A DNA stretch of 64,000 nucleotides, from contig DATGWO010000035.1 in assembly GCA_035299445.1 (NCBI GenBank), positions 132,022 to 196,021 of the forward strand. Reading direction: 5' to 3'. The DNA is from Sideroxyarcus sp. (GTDB taxonomy: Bacteria; Pseudomonadota; Gammaproteobacteria; Burkholderiales; Gallionellaceae). This document shows, in pieces, positions 1-10,981 of this stretch. Position numbers and translations under genes: made by a program. The notes beneath the pieces were generated by a model, which was given only the letters and a program-made list of their open reading frames with translations, was not told the DNA's origin and ran no database searches. Every line of letters starts with the position of its first letter. The stretch's first letter is position 1.

Positions 1-283
1 CCAGCTGCTGCGGCATGTAGGTCTGCAAAATGGAAACTTCGAACTTCTCGACATCCACCAGATCCTGGCGGTTCGCCGCCTCGTACTGGCTGATCGAATC
101 GCGGCGCTGCTTGAGCATCTTTTCGATGATGGTAATCACGTCGGCATCGGTCAACTCGATGCGCTCGTCCACCTCTCTCTGTTTCATCGCAGCGAGCAAC
201 AGGCGGATCGCCCCGAGACGTGCCGTTTCCTTGGCACGCATCGCGGCTTTCATGTCATCGGAGATTTGTTGTTTCAAGCTCAT
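1..283 (-). CDS. GatB/YqeY domain protein, truncated at window start
   Basis: My translation MSLKQQISDDMKAAMRAKETARLGAIRLLLAAMKQREVDERIELTD is typical YqeY; lies downstream of rpsU. Confidence 0.9.
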   Translation of the reverse strand, partial: MSLKQQISDDMKAAMRAKETARLGAIRLLLAAMKQREVDERIELTDADVITIIEKMLKQRRDSISQYEAANRQDLVDVEKFEVSILQTYMPQQL

Positions 284-340
284 AGCAATGATAAACGCCG
301 CAACCCGGATAGGGATGCGGCGTCGCCTTATCGAAAAGGA

Positions 341-553
341 TTAATACAGCTTCGGAGGCAGAGTCTGGCTGCGCAGGCGCTTGTAGTGGCGCTTTACGGC
401 AGCTGCCAGCTTGCGCTTACGCTCGGCCGTGGGCTTTTCGTAAAATTCGCGGGCACGCAACTCGGTCAGCAGACCGGTCTTTTCCACGGAACGCTTGAAG
501 CGGCGCATCGCGACTTCGAACGGCTCATTCTCTTTAACACGTACTGTTGTCAT
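341..553 (-). CDS. rpsU: 30S ribosomal protein S21
   Basis: [27 protein letters not shown]...REFYEKP. Confidence 0.98.
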   Translation of the reverse strand: MTTVRVKENEPFEVAMRRFKRSVEKTGLLTELRAREFYEKPTAERKRKLAAAVKRHYKRLRSQTLPPKLY

Positions 554-625
554 GAACAAACTACCTTCTACCAAAAATTCGAGGGCGCGATTCTACAAAA
601 CAACGCCTTATTTAACAACCGATAT

Positions 626-1822
626 TTATTGCACCGAAATGCGCCCGAATTTGCGCTTGCCGACCTGGGCGACGACGACCGCGCCCGCTTTGAGCTGCAA
701 AGCCTTGTCGCTGACCTTTTCGCCGTCCAATTTGACCCCACCCTGCTCGATCATGCGCAACGCCTCGGAAGTACTGGCAACGAGATTGGCCTGCTTAAGC
801 AACTGCGCGATGCCGATTTTCCCTTCGGCGCTGTCCACGCTGATCTCGGGCATATCGTCCGGCAGTACGCCCTTCTGGAAACGCGCCTCGAATTCGGCCA
901 GCGCGTCTTCGGCGGCTTTTTGCGAATGGAAGCGGGCAACGATCTCCTGCGCCAGCATCACCTTGATGTCGCGCGGGTTGCGGCCGTTCGCCACTTCCTC
1001 CTTGAAGTTGGCGATCTGCGCCAGGCTACGGAACGAGAGCAGGTCGTAGTAACGCCACATCAGCTCATCGGAAACGGACATCAACTTGCCGAACATATCG
1101 GTCGGCGTATCGGTGATGCCGACGTAATTGCCCAGCGATTTGGACATCTTGTTGACGCCGTCCAGCCCTTCCAGGAGCGGCATGGTGAGCACGCACTGCG
1201 CGGGTTGGCCAAAATGCTTTTGCAGCTCGCGCCCCATGAGCAGGTTGAATTTCTGGTCGGTGCCGCCCAGTTCGATGTCGGCCTTGAGCGCGACGGAATC
1301 ATAGCCCTGCACCAGCGGATAGACGAATTCGTGGATAGCGATCGGCTGGTTGCCTTTGTAGCGCTTGGAAAAGTCGTCGCGCTCCAGCATCTGCGCCACG
1401 GTGTGGGTGGCGGCGAGACGGATCAGGTCGACGGCGCTGAATTTGTCCATCCAGGTGGAGTTGAACACAACCTCGGTCTTGGCCGGGTCGAGCACCTTGA
1501 ACACCTGGTCCTTGTAGCTCTGCGCATTGGCGAGCACCTGCTCACGCGACAGTGGCGGACGGGTGGCATTCTTGCCGGTGGGGTCGCCGATCATGCCGGT
1601 GAAGTCGCCGATCAGGAACAGGGCGTGGTGGCCGAGGTCCTGCAATTGGCGCATCTTGTTAAGAAGAACGGTGTGGCCGAGATGCAGGTCAGGCGCAGTA
1701 GGATCGAAACCGGCCTTGATGCGCAAAGGACGGCCTTGTTCCAGCTTCTTGACCAGTTCGGCTTCGATCAGCAGCTCGTCGCTGCCGCGTTTGATTTGGC
1801 TGAGGATCTCTTGTTGACTCAT
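626..1822 (-). CDS. tyrS: Tyrosine--tRNA ligase
   Basis: [27 protein letters not shown]-terminal S4 domain. Confidence 0.98.
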   Translation of the reverse strand: MSQQEILSQIKRGSDELLIEAELVKKLEQGRPLRIKAGFDPTAPDLHLGHTVLLNKMRQLQDLGHHALFLIGDFTGMIGDPTGKNATRPPLSREQVLANAQSYKDQVFKVLDPAKTEVVFNSTWMDKFSAVDLIRLAATHTVAQMLERDDFSKRYKGNQPIAIHEFVYPLVQGYDSVALKADIELGGTDQKFNLLMGRELQKHFGQPAQCVLTMPLLEGLDGVNKMSKSLGNYVGITDTPTDMFGKLMSVSDELMWRYYDLLSFRSLAQIANFKEEVANGRNPRDIKVMLAQEIVARFHSQKAAEDALAEFEARFQKGVLPDDMPEISVDSAEGKIGIAQLLKQANLVASTSEALRMIEQGGVKLDGEKVSDKALQLKAGAVVVAQVGKRKFGRISVQ

Positions 1823-1980
1823 GTCGAAATACCGCTTGTCTGTTTCCTGCTTGGTGCCTGAGCGGATTTTGAGGGGTGGTCGCTTTCTGTTAAAGTGCCG
1901 CCCTGATTTCAGTTAAGTTGCTGTTGTGCCAGCGCCAATCCTCACCGGCACACCCAGCGACACCGCCTTGGGAGGCGCGA

Positions 1981-3279
1981 ATGTTACCGCAAAACACCTT
2001 GTCACACGCGCACAAAATGAAGCTGCGCTGGTTCGTCACCCTGTCGACCGTACCGTTGCTGGGCGTAGTCACCGCTTTCGGCATCATGCCGCAAACCGAT
2101 GCCGTCACACGCGGCCAGAAGACCGTGCTCGAAGAGATTGCGCTACCCAATGCCGCCTCGCTTACCGGGGCCACCGCGACATTCTGGCGCAACGAACGCG
2201 TCCAGCGCGGCGACACCATTGCCGAACTGTTGCGCCGCCTCAATGTGGAAGATCAGGCCGCCAGCGATTATCTGCGCAAGAACAAAGCGGCCGAAGTGCT
2301 GCGCCAACTGGGCGTGGGCAAGGAGGTGCAGGCCGAGACGGACGCCAACGGCGCTTTGCTGGCCTTGCGCTTTCTGGGCAACGATGCCAATCAGGTGGTG
2401 ATCGAGAAGAGCGCTTCCAGTTTCCGCACCCGCATCCTGCCGGCGCAGACCGAACAGCGCGTGCTGATCCGCACCGGCGAAATCAAGAGCAACCTGTTCG
2501 CGGCGACCGATGAAGTCGGCCTGCCCGACCCCGCCGCCAACCAGCTGGCCGATATCTTCGGCGGCGATATCGACTTCCATCGCGATTTGCGCAAAGGCGA
2601 CAAATTCACGGTGATCTACCAGATGACCTACATCAACGGCGAGCCCGCCCGCACCGGCCGCATCCTCTCCGCCGAGTTCATCAACCACGGCCACGCCTAT
2701 CGTGCGGCCTACTTCCAGACCACCGAATATACCGGCGACTATTACAACCCGGAAGGCAAGAGCATGCGCAAAGCATTTCTGCGCTCGCCCATCGAATTTT
2801 CGCGCGTCAGCTCCGGCTTCAGCAAGTCGCGTTTCCACCCGGTGCTGAACAAGTGGCGCGCCCACAAGGGCGTGGACTACGCCTCCCCCATCGGCACCAA
2901 GGTCAAGGTTACCAGTGACGGCGTGGTTGCCTTCGTCGGTAAACAGGGCGGCTACGGCAATATGGTCGTAGTCGAGCATCAGGGCCGCTACTCCACCGTA
3001 TACGGTCACCTGTCGCGCTTCGCCAGCGGCCTCCACAAAGGCCAACGCGTGGGGCAGGGACAGATCATCGGTTACGTCGGCATGACCGGCTTGGCCAGCG
3101 GTCCGCATCTGCACTATGAGTTCAAGCAGGGCGGTATCCAGCGCGATCCGCTGAAAGTGGCGTTGCCGGACGGCAAGCCGGTCAGCGAAGCGCAAAAGAC
3201 CGCCTTCGCAGAAGCGACGCGCGACCTGTTCGGGCGCCTGGATATGCTGCGCAACACACGCCTCGCCAAGCTGGACTAG
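1981..3279 (+). CDS. M23 family metallopeptidase (MepM/OapA-like)
   Basis: HKGVDYA, YGHLS and HLHYE motifs; N-terminal TM anchor; start uncertain. Confidence 0.9.
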   Translation: MLPQNTLSHAHKMKLRWFVTLSTVPLLGVVTAFGIMPQTDAVTRGQKTVLEEIALPNAASLTGATATFWRNERVQRGDTIAELLRRLNVEDQAASDYLRKNKAAEVLRQLGVGKEVQAETDANGALLALRFLGNDANQVVIEKSASSFRTRILPAQTEQRVLIRTGEIKSNLFAATDEVGLPDPAANQLADIFGGDIDFHRDLRKGDKFTVIYQMTYINGEPARTGRILSAEFINHGHAYRAAYFQTTEYTGDYYNPEGKSMRKAFLRSPIEFSRVSSGFSKSRFHPVLNKWRAHKGVDYASPIGTKVKVTSDGVVAFVGKQGGYGNMVVVEHQGRYSTVYGHLSRFASGLHKGQRVGQGQIIGYVGMTGLASGPHLHYEFKQGGIQRDPLKVALPDGKPVSEAQKTAFAEATRDLFGRLDMLRNTRLAKLD

Positions 3280-4380
3280 GTGAATACGCCGCCGGACCTT
3301 TATATCGGCATCATGTCCGGCACCAGCCTGGACGGCATCGATGCCGCACTGGTCGACCTCTCGCAAGCCGCTCCCAGTCTGACCGCCAGTCATTACCAAC
3401 CCTATGCGCCAGCGCTGAAAGAGGCGCTGCTCGCATTGCATCAAGTTTCCAATAACGAACTGCACCAGTCACAACTCGTCGCAAACCGTTTGGCGCGCGA
3501 GTATGCGGACGCGGCGCTGGCGCTGTTGCAAAAGGCGGGAATTTCGAAAGAGCAGGTGCAAGCCATCGGCTGCCACGGCCAGACCGTGCGCCACCGTCCC
3601 GAGCACGGCTATACCATCCAGCTCAATAATGCCGCGTTGCTGGCCGAGTTGACCGGCATCCATGTGGTGAGCGACTTCCGCAGCCGCGATATCGCCGCGG
3701 GCGGCCAGGGTGCGCCGCTGGTGCCCGCATTCCACGATCGCGTACTGCGCCACCCCAATATCCACCGCGTCATCCTCAATATCGGCGGCATCGCCAATCT
3801 GACTGACCTCTCCCCCAACAAGACCACCACCGGCTTCGACAGCGGTCCCGGCAATTTGCTGATGGATGCCTGGATCGAACGCCAACAGGGCAAGCCCTAC
3901 GACAAGGACGGTGCATGGGCTGCCACCGGCAAGATCATTCCAGCACTGCTGCAAAGGCTGCTGTCCGAACCGTTCTTCGCGGCAGCCCCGCCGAAAAGTA
4001 CCGGGCGCGACCTGTTCAATCTGGACTGGCTGCAAAAGCAACTCAGCGGCAGCGAAGAGCCGGCGGACGTGCAAGCAACCCTCCTCGCCCTGACCGGCGA
4101 AAGCATCGCCGCTGCGGTGCAGAACTTCTGTATCGGAACGAGAGAAATCTACCTTTGTGGCGGCGGTGCACACAACACCGCGCTGGTAGCACATCTGCAA
4201 CAGGCGTTGCCGCAACGCCGCATCCAGAAGACCGAGGAGTTGGGCATCGCTGCCGACTGGATGGAAGCCATCGCTTTCGCCTGGCTGGCACAACAGACCA
4301 TCCACCTGCGCCCCGGCAATCTGCCCGCCGTCACCGGGGCCAAGCACCCCTGCGTGCTTGGCGCAATTTACCCGGCATAA
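3280..4380 (+). CDS. anmK: Anhydro-N-acetylmuramic acid kinase
   Basis: GIMSGTSLDGID, GCHGQT, GGQGAPLVP, FDSGPGN. Confidence 0.96.
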   Translation: MNTPPDLYIGIMSGTSLDGIDAALVDLSQAAPSLTASHYQPYAPALKEALLALHQVSNNELHQSQLVANRLAREYADAALALLQKAGISKEQVQAIGCHGQTVRHRPEHGYTIQLNNAALLAELTGIHVVSDFRSRDIAAGGQGAPLVPAFHDRVLRHPNIHRVILNIGGIANLTDLSPNKTTTGFDSGPGNLLMDAWIERQQGKPYDKDGAWAATGKIIPALLQRLLSEPFFAAAPPKSTGRDLFNLDWLQKQLSGSEEPADVQATLLALTGESIAAAVQNFCIGTREIYLCGGGAHNTALVAHLQQALPQRRIQKTEELGIAADWMEAIAFAWLAQQTIHLRPGNLPAVTGAKHPCVLGAIYPA

Positions 4381-4383
4381 AAT

Positions 4384-4411
4384 GAAACAGGGCGCTTCCG
4401 CGCCCCGTTTC
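4384..4411. terminator. Hairpin between convergent anmK and erpA
   Basis: gaaacagggcgc-ttcc-gcgccccgtttc. Confidence 0.6.
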
Positions 4412-4431
4412 TGCCGCAACTGCCTGATAAC

Positions 4432-4782
4432 TTATGCCGAAAACGACGATCCGCAACCGCAAGTCGTGGTGGCGTTCGGGTTCTTGATCACGAACTGCGA
4501 ACCTTCCAAGCCTTCGGAATAATCGATCTCCGCACCGACCAGATACTGGAAGCTCATCGGATCGATCAGCAACTGCACGCCGTTCTTGCTCATCACGGTG
4601 TCGTCTTCGTTGACCACCTCATCGAAGGTAAACCCGTATTGGAAACCGGAGCACCCGCCGCCGCTGACGAATACACGCAGCTTCAGGTCGGCATTACCCT
4701 CTTCATCGATCAATTGCTTCACTTTGTTTGCCGCGCTGTCGGTAAAGAGCAACGGGTCTTGCATGTCGGCCACTGTGTTCAT
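4432..4782 (-). CDS. erpA: Fe-S cluster insertion protein ErpA
   Basis: [11 protein letters not shown] and C-terminal CGCGSSF. Confidence 0.96.
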   Translation of the reverse strand: MNTVADMQDPLLFTDSAANKVKQLIDEEGNADLKLRVFVSGGGCSGFQYGFTFDEVVNEDDTVMSKNGVQLLIDPMSFQYLVGAEIDYSEGLEGSQFVIKNPNATTTCGCGSSFSA

Positions 4783-4803
4783 GTCTGTCTCCTACTGTGT
4801 TGA

Positions 4804-5211
4804 TTATGATTCCGCAGCGCCAAGCTTGAACGCCACCACTTTGTCTGTCACCTCGGCAAGATGGATCAATCTTCCCTCAACGATCGCACCCAGCTGGATC
4901 TCCAGCGACTTGTAATGCACATCGCCTGTGACCTTGGCTTTGCTTTGCAGTTCCAGATACTCCGTCGCATCAACCGGTCCGGTTATTGCACCATTCACCA
5001 CCAGATGGGTAACTTTGATCTCGCCGTGCACCCGTGCATGCTCGCTCAGCACCAAAGTGCTCGGCTTGCTCGGATCGGCGATGACATTGCCGATGATCTC
5101 GCCGTCGACACGCAGACCGCCTGTGAAAGTCACATTGCCCTCGATCTTGGTACCCGCGCCAACCAAAGAGTCGATACGGTTTTGCGGTTTGCTGTGTCGG
5201 CTACTGAACAT
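4804..5211 (-). CDS. Bactofilin (polymer-forming cytoskeletal protein)
   Basis: SLVGAGTKIEGNVTFTGGLRVDGEIIGNV beta-helix repeats. Confidence 0.9.
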   Translation of the reverse strand: MFSSRHSKPQNRIDSLVGAGTKIEGNVTFTGGLRVDGEIIGNVIADPSKPSTLVLSEHARVHGEIKVTHLVVNGAITGPVDATEYLELQSKAKVTGDVHYKSLEIQLGAIVEGRLIHLAEVTDKVVAFKLGAAES

Positions 5212-5234
5212 GCTTCATTTCTCCTAAGTGACAA

Positions 5235-5981
5235 TCAGGAAAGATTGACTGTCTGTTTGATCCTCGGCTCCGGCAAACCCTTCTCGAACACCCGCACCTG
5301 GACGCTCTCGACCTTCATTTCCGGCGGCAGCTTAAAAACCTTGTCGATACGCTGGTAATACTTGAAGCTTAGCTGATGCGCCGCCACTTCCTGCGGCGAA
5401 CTCTCCTGCGGGAATTGTAGCACCACTTTTCTGCCGTCTTGCTCGCCGTTCACCACCAGCTGCAAAGAGCCCTGAAACTCCTTGCCGCGCTGCTGGACGC
5501 TTTGCACCAACAGCATGCGGCAGTGGTATTCGCCCGGCAGGGAATCCGTTTCGATCTTCAAGCGATGGATGGACAGTTCGGCCTCGCGCGCACCAGTCAA
5601 CGGCAGATTCTGGAAGAACAGCAGGTCTTCCCTCAGTCGCGCATTCTCATCGTTGAGGTTCTTCAGCTGCGACTCGACTTCTAGATCGACCGCCTGCTTG
5701 ATCTGCATCTGGCGCTCATAAGCGGCGATCTGATTCGCCTGATCCGCGTTCTGGCCTTCCAGAGAAGCCACCCGCTCACGCAGCGTATTCAATTCCCGCT
5801 CCGCCTCGCCGCGATGAAAACCCGCCAACGCCAAACCGGAGTCATACGCCCACCATACCATGAAGCCAAATACCATCAACAACGGCAACGTAATGGCCCA
5901 GCGCACATACCAAGGCACATGGGGGCGCACCGACAAACGCGGGGCGGAGATGCTGAATTTGCGGCGGAAGCTTCGTATCAT
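5235..5981 (-). CDS. Membrane-anchored coiled-coil protein (DUF6776-like)
   Basis: TM segment, coiled coil, C-terminal FKYYQR; usual neighbour of bactofilin/erpA. Confidence 0.7.
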   Translation of the reverse strand: MIRSFRRKFSISAPRLSVRPHVPWYVRWAITLPLLMVFGFMVWWAYDSGLALAGFHRGEAERELNTLRERVASLEGQNADQANQIAAYERQMQIKQAVDLEVESQLKNLNDENARLREDLLFFQNLPLTGAREAELSIHRLKIETDSLPGEYHCRMLLVQSVQQRGKEFQGSLQLVVNGEQDGRKVVLQFPQESSPQEVAAHQLSFKYYQRIDKVFKLPPEMKVESVQVRVFEKGLPEPRIKQTVNLS

Positions 5982-5985
5982 TGGT

Positions 5986-7014
5986 CTACGGCAACAAAGG
6001 AACGATATTCAAACCGACAGACTCATCCAGACCGAACATGATGTTCATGTTCTGCACTGCCTGCCCGGCCGCCCCCTTCACCAGATTGTCGATCACCGAC
6101 AGCACCACGACGGTATCGCCGCCTTGCGGTCTGTGCACCGCGATACGGCACAAGTTGGCGCCCCGCACAGAGCGGGTCTCCGGCATGCTGCCGGCAGGCA
6201 ATACGTCGACGAATGCCTCATGGGCATAGCGCTGCACGAATAGCGCCTGCAAATCCACATCCTTCTTCAGCCGCCCGTACAAAGTGGCATGAATGCCGCG
6301 GATCATCGGTGTCAAATGCGGCACAAACGTCAGCCCGACCGGCTTGCCCAATGCATTCGCCAGACCCTGCCTGATCTCCGGCAGGTGTCGATGCCCGGCC
6401 ACGCCATATGCCTTGAAATTGTCTGAGGCTTCAGCGAACAGGGTATGCACCTCGGCTTTGCGTCCTGCGCCGGAAACGCCCGATTTGGAATCTGCGATCA
6501 GCGAACCTTCTTCGATCACCCCGGCTTCCAGCAGCGGGATAAAGCCGAGCTGCACCGCTGTGGGATAGCAGCCGGGGTTCGCCACCAGCCGTGCCTGCCT
6601 GATCTTCTCCCTGTTCACTTCGGGCAGGCCATAGACAGCTTCTGCCACCAAGTCGGGGCAGGCATGCGACATGCCGTACCATTTCTCCCACTCGGCGATA
6701 TCCTTGATGCGGAAATCCGCGGCGAGGTCGATGACTCTGACGCCGGCATCCAGCAGCGCGCGTGTTTGCTGCATCGCGATGCCGTTGGGCGTGGCAAAGA
6801 ACACCACATCGCATTGGTCGAGATGGGCTTGGTCCGGATGGGCGAAAGGCAGATCGACATAACCGCGCAGGCTGGGAAACATCTGGCTGACCGGCATGCC
6901 GGCCTCGGCACGGGAGGTGATCGCACACAGCTCCACCTGCGGATGCCCCGCCAGCAAGCGCAGCAATTCGACACCGGTATACCCCGTCCCGCCAACAATC
7001 CCGACCTTAAGCAC
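5986..7014 (-). CDS. argC: N-acetyl-gamma-glutamyl-phosphate reductase
   Basis: [38 protein letters not shown]; GTG start inferred. Confidence 0.97.
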   Translation of the reverse strand: MLKVGIVGGTGYTGVELLRLLAGHPQVELCAITSRAEAGMPVSQMFPSLRGYVDLPFAHPDQAHLDQCDVVFFATPNGIAMQQTRALLDAGVRVIDLAADFRIKDIAEWEKWYGMSHACPDLVAEAVYGLPEVNREKIRQARLVANPGCYPTAVQLGFIPLLEAGVIEEGSLIADSKSGVSGAGRKAEVHTLFAEASDNFKAYGVAGHRHLPEIRQGLANALGKPVGLTFVPHLTPMIRGIHATLYGRLKKDVDLQALFVQRYAHEAFVDVLPAGSMPETRSVRGANLCRIAVHRPQGGDTVVVLSVIDNLVKGAAGQAVQNMNIMFGLDESVGLNIVPLLP

Positions 7015-7067
7015 AGCATCCCTTTCCAGCATTAGCGCAGCCATAAATTCGACGCGAATCATAAATG

Positions 7068-7092
7068 AAAAGGCCGCCCAGTGGCGGCCTTT
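7068..7092 (-). terminator. Intrinsic terminator after rpsI
   Basis: aaaaggccgcc-cagt-ggcggccttt. Confidence 0.75.
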
Positions 7093-7110
7093 CCTGTACT
7101 GCAAAGCGAA

Positions 7111-7503
7111 TTAACGCTTGGAGAATTGCTTCCTGCGACGCGCCTTGCGCAGACCAACCTTCTTACGCTCGACTTCGCGTGCATCGCGGGTAACCAGACC
7201 GGCTTTGCTCAGGGTTGGCTTCAGGCTTGCATCGTAGTCGATCAGTGCACGGGTGATGCCGTGACGCACTGCACCCGCCTGGCCGGACTCGCCACCGCCA
7301 GTCACGTTAACCATGATGTCGAACTTGCCGACAGTCTCAGTCAGCTCGAGCGGCTGACGCACCACCATACGGCCGGTCTCACGGGAAAAGAACACGTCTA
7401 CCGGCTTGTCATTGACGATGATCTCGCCTTTGCCCGGTTTGATGAACACACGTGCCACCGCACTCTTGCGACGACCGGTACCGTAGTTATAAGTTACGCT
7501 CAT
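7111..7503 (-). CDS. rpsI: 30S ribosomal protein S9
   Basis: [12 protein letters not shown]...[19 protein letters not shown]. Confidence 0.99.
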   Translation of the reverse strand: MSVTYNYGTGRRKSAVARVFIKPGKGEIIVNDKPVDVFFSRETGRMVVRQPLELTETVGKFDIMVNVTGGGESGQAGAVRHGITRALIDYDASLKPTLSKAGLVTRDAREVERKKVGLRKARRRKQFSKR

Positions 7504-7505
7504 GA

Positions 7506-7943
7506 TTAAGCCTTCAACAGATCAATGGGTTTCGGTTGCTGCGCGCTGTGCGGATGAGTCGCACCGCCGTAGACCTTGAGCTTGCTCAACATCGCGTAGC
7601 CCAGCGGGCCTTTCGGCAGCATGCCGCGCACGGCCTTTTGCAGCACGCGCTGCGGATGGCGCTGTTGCAGCTTCAGGAAATTGGTTTCGTACAGACCGCC
7701 CGGATAAGTCGAGTGGCGATAGTACATCTTGGCCTGTGCCTTGTTGCCGGTCACGCGCAGCTTGTCGGCGTTCACCACGACAACGAAATCGCCGGTGTCG
7801 ACGTGCGGTGTGTAGATGGCCTTGTGCTTGCCGCGCAGGCGGATAGCGATCTGGCTGGCCAAACGGCCCAGAACCTTGTCGGCGGCATCGACCAGCAGCC
7901 AGTCGTGCTGGACTTCGTGCGGCTTAGCGGAAAATGTTTTCAT
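7506..7943 (-). CDS. rplM: 50S ribosomal protein L13
   Basis: LGRLAS...[14 protein letters not shown]...HPHSAQQP. Confidence 0.99.
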   Translation of the reverse strand: MKTFSAKPHEVQHDWLLVDAADKVLGRLASQIAIRLRGKHKAIYTPHVDTGDFVVVVNADKLRVTGNKAQAKMYYRHSTYPGGLYETNFLKLQQRHPQRVLQKAVRGMLPKGPLGYAMLSKLKVYGGATHPHSAQQPKPIDLLKA

Positions 7944-7991
7944 GGCATTTCCTAAATCTTTAAAATGGATAACAGACTGCGAAGGGCGCGC

Positions 7992-8020
7992 ATTCTATGT
8001 GAGACCTTCGCCACTGTCAA
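7992..8020 (-). promoter_or_regulatory. Sigma-70 promoter of rplM-rpsI
   Basis: Minus strand TTGACA-17 nt-TAGAAT, about 50 nt upstream of rplM. Confidence 0.85.
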
Positions 8021-8027
8021 ACTCTTA

Positions 8028-9434
8028 TCAACCACGCCCGTCGCGAGCGCTCAACAGCCCGTCCAGCCAGCCTTTCCAGCGGGCGTATTTTCCGGCCACG
8101 CCATGCCCAGGCCGGGTTGGAACGATCCTTTCGGCATCCCTGCCGCCCGCCAAAGGCATACCGGCAGCGAGCCGGGCGGCGCCGCTCAAGCCGGCATCGG
8201 TTTGCCGCAAGCGGTAGATATCGAGCGGTACGGATTGGGCAACACCCTGCTGCAGGCAGGGTAAATTGGCCAAGCCGCCGGAGAGATAGGCTCGCGTGAT
8301 GCCGAATTCGCGCCGAAAGTCCTCCAATATCCGCGCCACGCGGAAGGCGATACCCTCTTGCAGCAGCAAAGCGATACGCCGCGCCGGCAGCTCATCGACC
8401 GATTCGGAAAAAGTAATACCCAAGTCATTGCGGAAATACGGCGCCCCCAACCCGCTCGGCTCAGCCAGACAAAAAATACCGTCGTTCGCCAGTCCCTCGG
8501 GAGCGCATGCATCGACCGGAAAAGGCGCCAGCGCCGCCGCAATGGAATTGAGCGTACCTTCACAAGCCAGCAATGGCTGCTCCATACTGATTTGGCAAAC
8601 CAATGTTTGCAGATACCCATCCGGCACGCTGCGCCCGGCAGGCAGATAACAGGCCACGAAGCCGCCCGTACCCAGATTGACCAGGGCCTCCGGCTGTCCG
8701 GTGCCGATACCGGCGAGCAACGCAGCCGACTGATCCCCCATGCTGGCCTGCAAGATCAGGCCATTATTGAGTGGCAGCCGCATCCCGGCGGAAGGCCGGA
8801 TTTGCGGCAAGATATGTTGCGGGACATCGAACAAGTCGCACAACCTCGGCGACCACTGCCGGGAATATACATCCAGCAGCAGGGTGCGCGCTGCCATCGA
8901 CACATCCGTCAGATGCTGCGCACCATCCGTCCAGCGCCAGACGAGAAAAGTATCCAGCGTGCCCAGCAGCCAGTCGCCATGCAGCAAGCGCTCGCGCCAA
9001 TCCGCATGCTGTTGCAGCAAGCCGCGCAGCTTGGGCGCAAGGTAATAAGGTGTCAGCGGCAATCCGGCCAGCTCGCGGATCAGCGGCGCCCGCTCGCGCA
9101 ATGCAACACAGCTTTCCGCACCTCTATCGTCCTGCCAGGAGATGAGTGGCGTCACCGGCCGCCCGCTGCCGCGCTCCCAGATCAAAAAGGAAGAACGCTG
9201 GCTGCACAACCCGAGGGGCGGGCGCGTATCGGTCTGCGTCAGACATCCCGTCAACACCAGCTCGACCGCTTCCGCATAAGCAGCCGCATCGCTTTCATAG
9301 CGCCCGCCGTCCGCAACGATAGCCGGCGCTGGCCGGGCGACGACGCCGCCCAAGGTGCCGTCTGCCGCCAGCAAACCGGCCTTGATCGTCGTCGTACCCA
9401 GATCGAGTGCGACCGCGACGATCATGCGCGGCAT
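8028..9434 (-). CDS. FGGY-family kinase, glycerol kinase-like (divergent)
   Basis: DLGTTT, SQRSS, SWQDDR, GTLDTFL, TDVSMAARTLL, GDQSAAL and SGLGAPY align with GlpK motifs. Confidence 0.8.
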   Translation of the reverse strand: MPRMIVAVALDLGTTTIKAGLLAADGTLGGVVARPAPAIVADGGRYESDAAAYAEAVELVLTGCLTQTDTRPPLGLCSQRSSFLIWERGSGRPVTPLISWQDDRGAESCVALRERAPLIRELAGLPLTPYYLAPKLRGLLQQHADWRERLLHGDWLLGTLDTFLVWRWTDGAQHLTDVSMAARTLLLDVYSRQWSPRLCDLFDVPQHILPQIRPSAGMRLPLNNGLILQASMGDQSAALLAGIGTGQPEALVNLGTGGFVACYLPAGRSVPDGYLQTLVCQISMEQPLLACEGTLNSIAAALAPFPVDACAPEGLANDGIFCLAEPSGLGAPYFRNDLGITFSESVDELPARRIALLLQEGIAFRVARILEDFRREFGITRAYLSGGLANLPCLQQGVAQSVPLDIYRLRQTDAGLSGAARLAAGMPLAGGRDAERIVPTRPGHGVAGKYARWKGWLDGLLSARDGRG

Positions 9435-10981
9435 GCCTCCACCTCTTGTGCAACCCTGACCGCATCCCAATCCAGCACGGGCGCAACCAGCTCGGCGAGC
9501 TGGCGCAGCTGCTCCGCACTCAGCCTCGCAAGAATCAGCAGCGGCATACGGCGGCGCAGCAAGTCATCCAGATGCACCGCCATCTCTTCGCGAGCGCAAA
9601 GCAGCAGGTCGGCATGGATGAACGGCAGCTCCGCCACGATGCGCCCTGCCAGCTGCGGCTTCTGCTCGACGAGATGGAATATCCGCGCGACATGCGTGCC
9701 GTGGCGACGCGCCAGCCATGCCGCGCTTTCCGCATCGATGCCCAGGCCTTGTGCCTGCGCGGCGACCTCGGCCGACCATGCGGCAAAGTCCTGCTGCGGC
9801 CGCCATAACAGCCCCCTGTCCTTGCTTGCGCATGGTGTCGCCAGACCGAGATGCGCGCATACCGTGTCGACGATGACTTTGGCATCCTCGCGCGCGGAAG
9901 TGATCTTGCCGCCCACCGCGTGGTGCACGCCGTTATGCGCCGTTTTCAACTCCCAGTCGCGGCTGACCGCGGAAGGATGCGCCGCATCGCTCTGCTTCAT
10001 CACGCGCAATCCGGCATAACTGCCGACGACATCCTGCTTCGTCCATGCGGTCTTGAGATAACCGTTGGCTGCAGCCAGCAGGTAGTCGACATCCGCCTCC
10101 TCGACAACCACGCGCCCGATGTCGCCGCGATAGTCGGTGTCGGTAGTGCCAAGCAGGGTGCGCCCGTACCACGGGATGATGAAGAACACGCGCCCGTCCT
10201 GTTTCGCCGTGAGCAAGATCGCCTCTTCAGTCGCCAAGGCGGGCAGCACCAGATGGATGCCTTTGCTCAGACGGCACCATTCCCGCCCCTGCTCCGTCGC
10301 AGATGTCCACTGGCCGGCGGTACTAACATATTGCCGCGCATGCACCGGCACTACAGCACCGCTGATGCCATCCTGCACGGTCGCACCGCACACCCGGCCG
10401 CGATCCTCGTCCCAAGTAACCAACTTGGCATAGTTCACGCACACCGCACCGTGCGCCATGGCGCCCGCCACCAGCTCCAGCACCAGCCGCGCATCGTCGG
10501 TCTGCGCATCGCCGTAGGTGAAGCCGCCGCGCAAACCGCGCTCGTCGAGAAACGGGAAGTGTTCGGAAAAGTGCGCATAGCCGAAGTGACGATGGCGCAT
10601 CTGCCCGTCCGGGAATCCCGCCAACGCGTCGTACAGCGTCAGCCCCGCCTTGAGCAGCAGCGTGCCGTTGCGGCTATCCTTATATACTGGCACACCGAAA
10701 CGCAGCGGCCACACCCGGTGCGGCGCGATCTTCAGCAGCAGCTGGCGCTCCTTGAGCGCCTTGCGCACCAGCTTGAAATCGTAAGTCTCCAGATAGCGCA
10801 GCCCGCCGTGGATCAGCTTGCTCGACGCGGACGAAGTCGCGCTCGCCCAATCGCCCTGCTCCACCAGCGCCACCTTCAATCCGCGCAGTGCCGCATCGTA
10901 AGCCGTCCACGCGCCATAGATGCCGCCGCCGCACACCAGCAGATCAAACTCCCCTTGCAATGCCGAAAAATCGCGTTTCAT
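9422..10981 (-). CDS. glpD: FAD-dependent glycerol-3-phosphate dehydrogenase/oxidase (GlpD-like)
   Basis: GGGIYG, SSASSKLIHGGLRYLE, DAQTDDARL, GTTDTDY, GGKITSAR. Confidence 0.88.
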   Translation of the reverse strand: MKRDFSALQGEFDLLVCGGGIYGAWTAYDAALRGLKVALVEQGDWASATSSASSKLIHGGLRYLETYDFKLVRKALKERQLLLKIAPHRVWPLRFGVPVYKDSRNGTLLLKAGLTLYDALAGFPDGQMRHRHFGYAHFSEHFPFLDERGLRGGFTYGDAQTDDARLVLELVAGAMAHGAVCVNYAKLVTWDEDRGRVCGATVQDGISGAVVPVHARQYVSTAGQWTSATEQGREWCRLSKGIHLVLPALATEEAILLTAKQDGRVFFIIPWYGRTLLGTTDTDYRGDIGRVVVEEADVDYLLAAANGYLKTAWTKQDVVGSYAGLRVMKQSDAAHPSAVSRDWELKTAHNGVHHAVGGKITSAREDAKVIVDTVCAHLGLATPCASKDRGLLWRPQQDFAAWSAEVAAQAQGLGIDAESAAWLARRHGTHVARIFHLVEQKPQLAGRIVAELPFIHADLLLCAREEMAVHLDDLLRRRMPLLILARLSAEQLRQLAELVAPVLDWDAVRVAQEVEACRA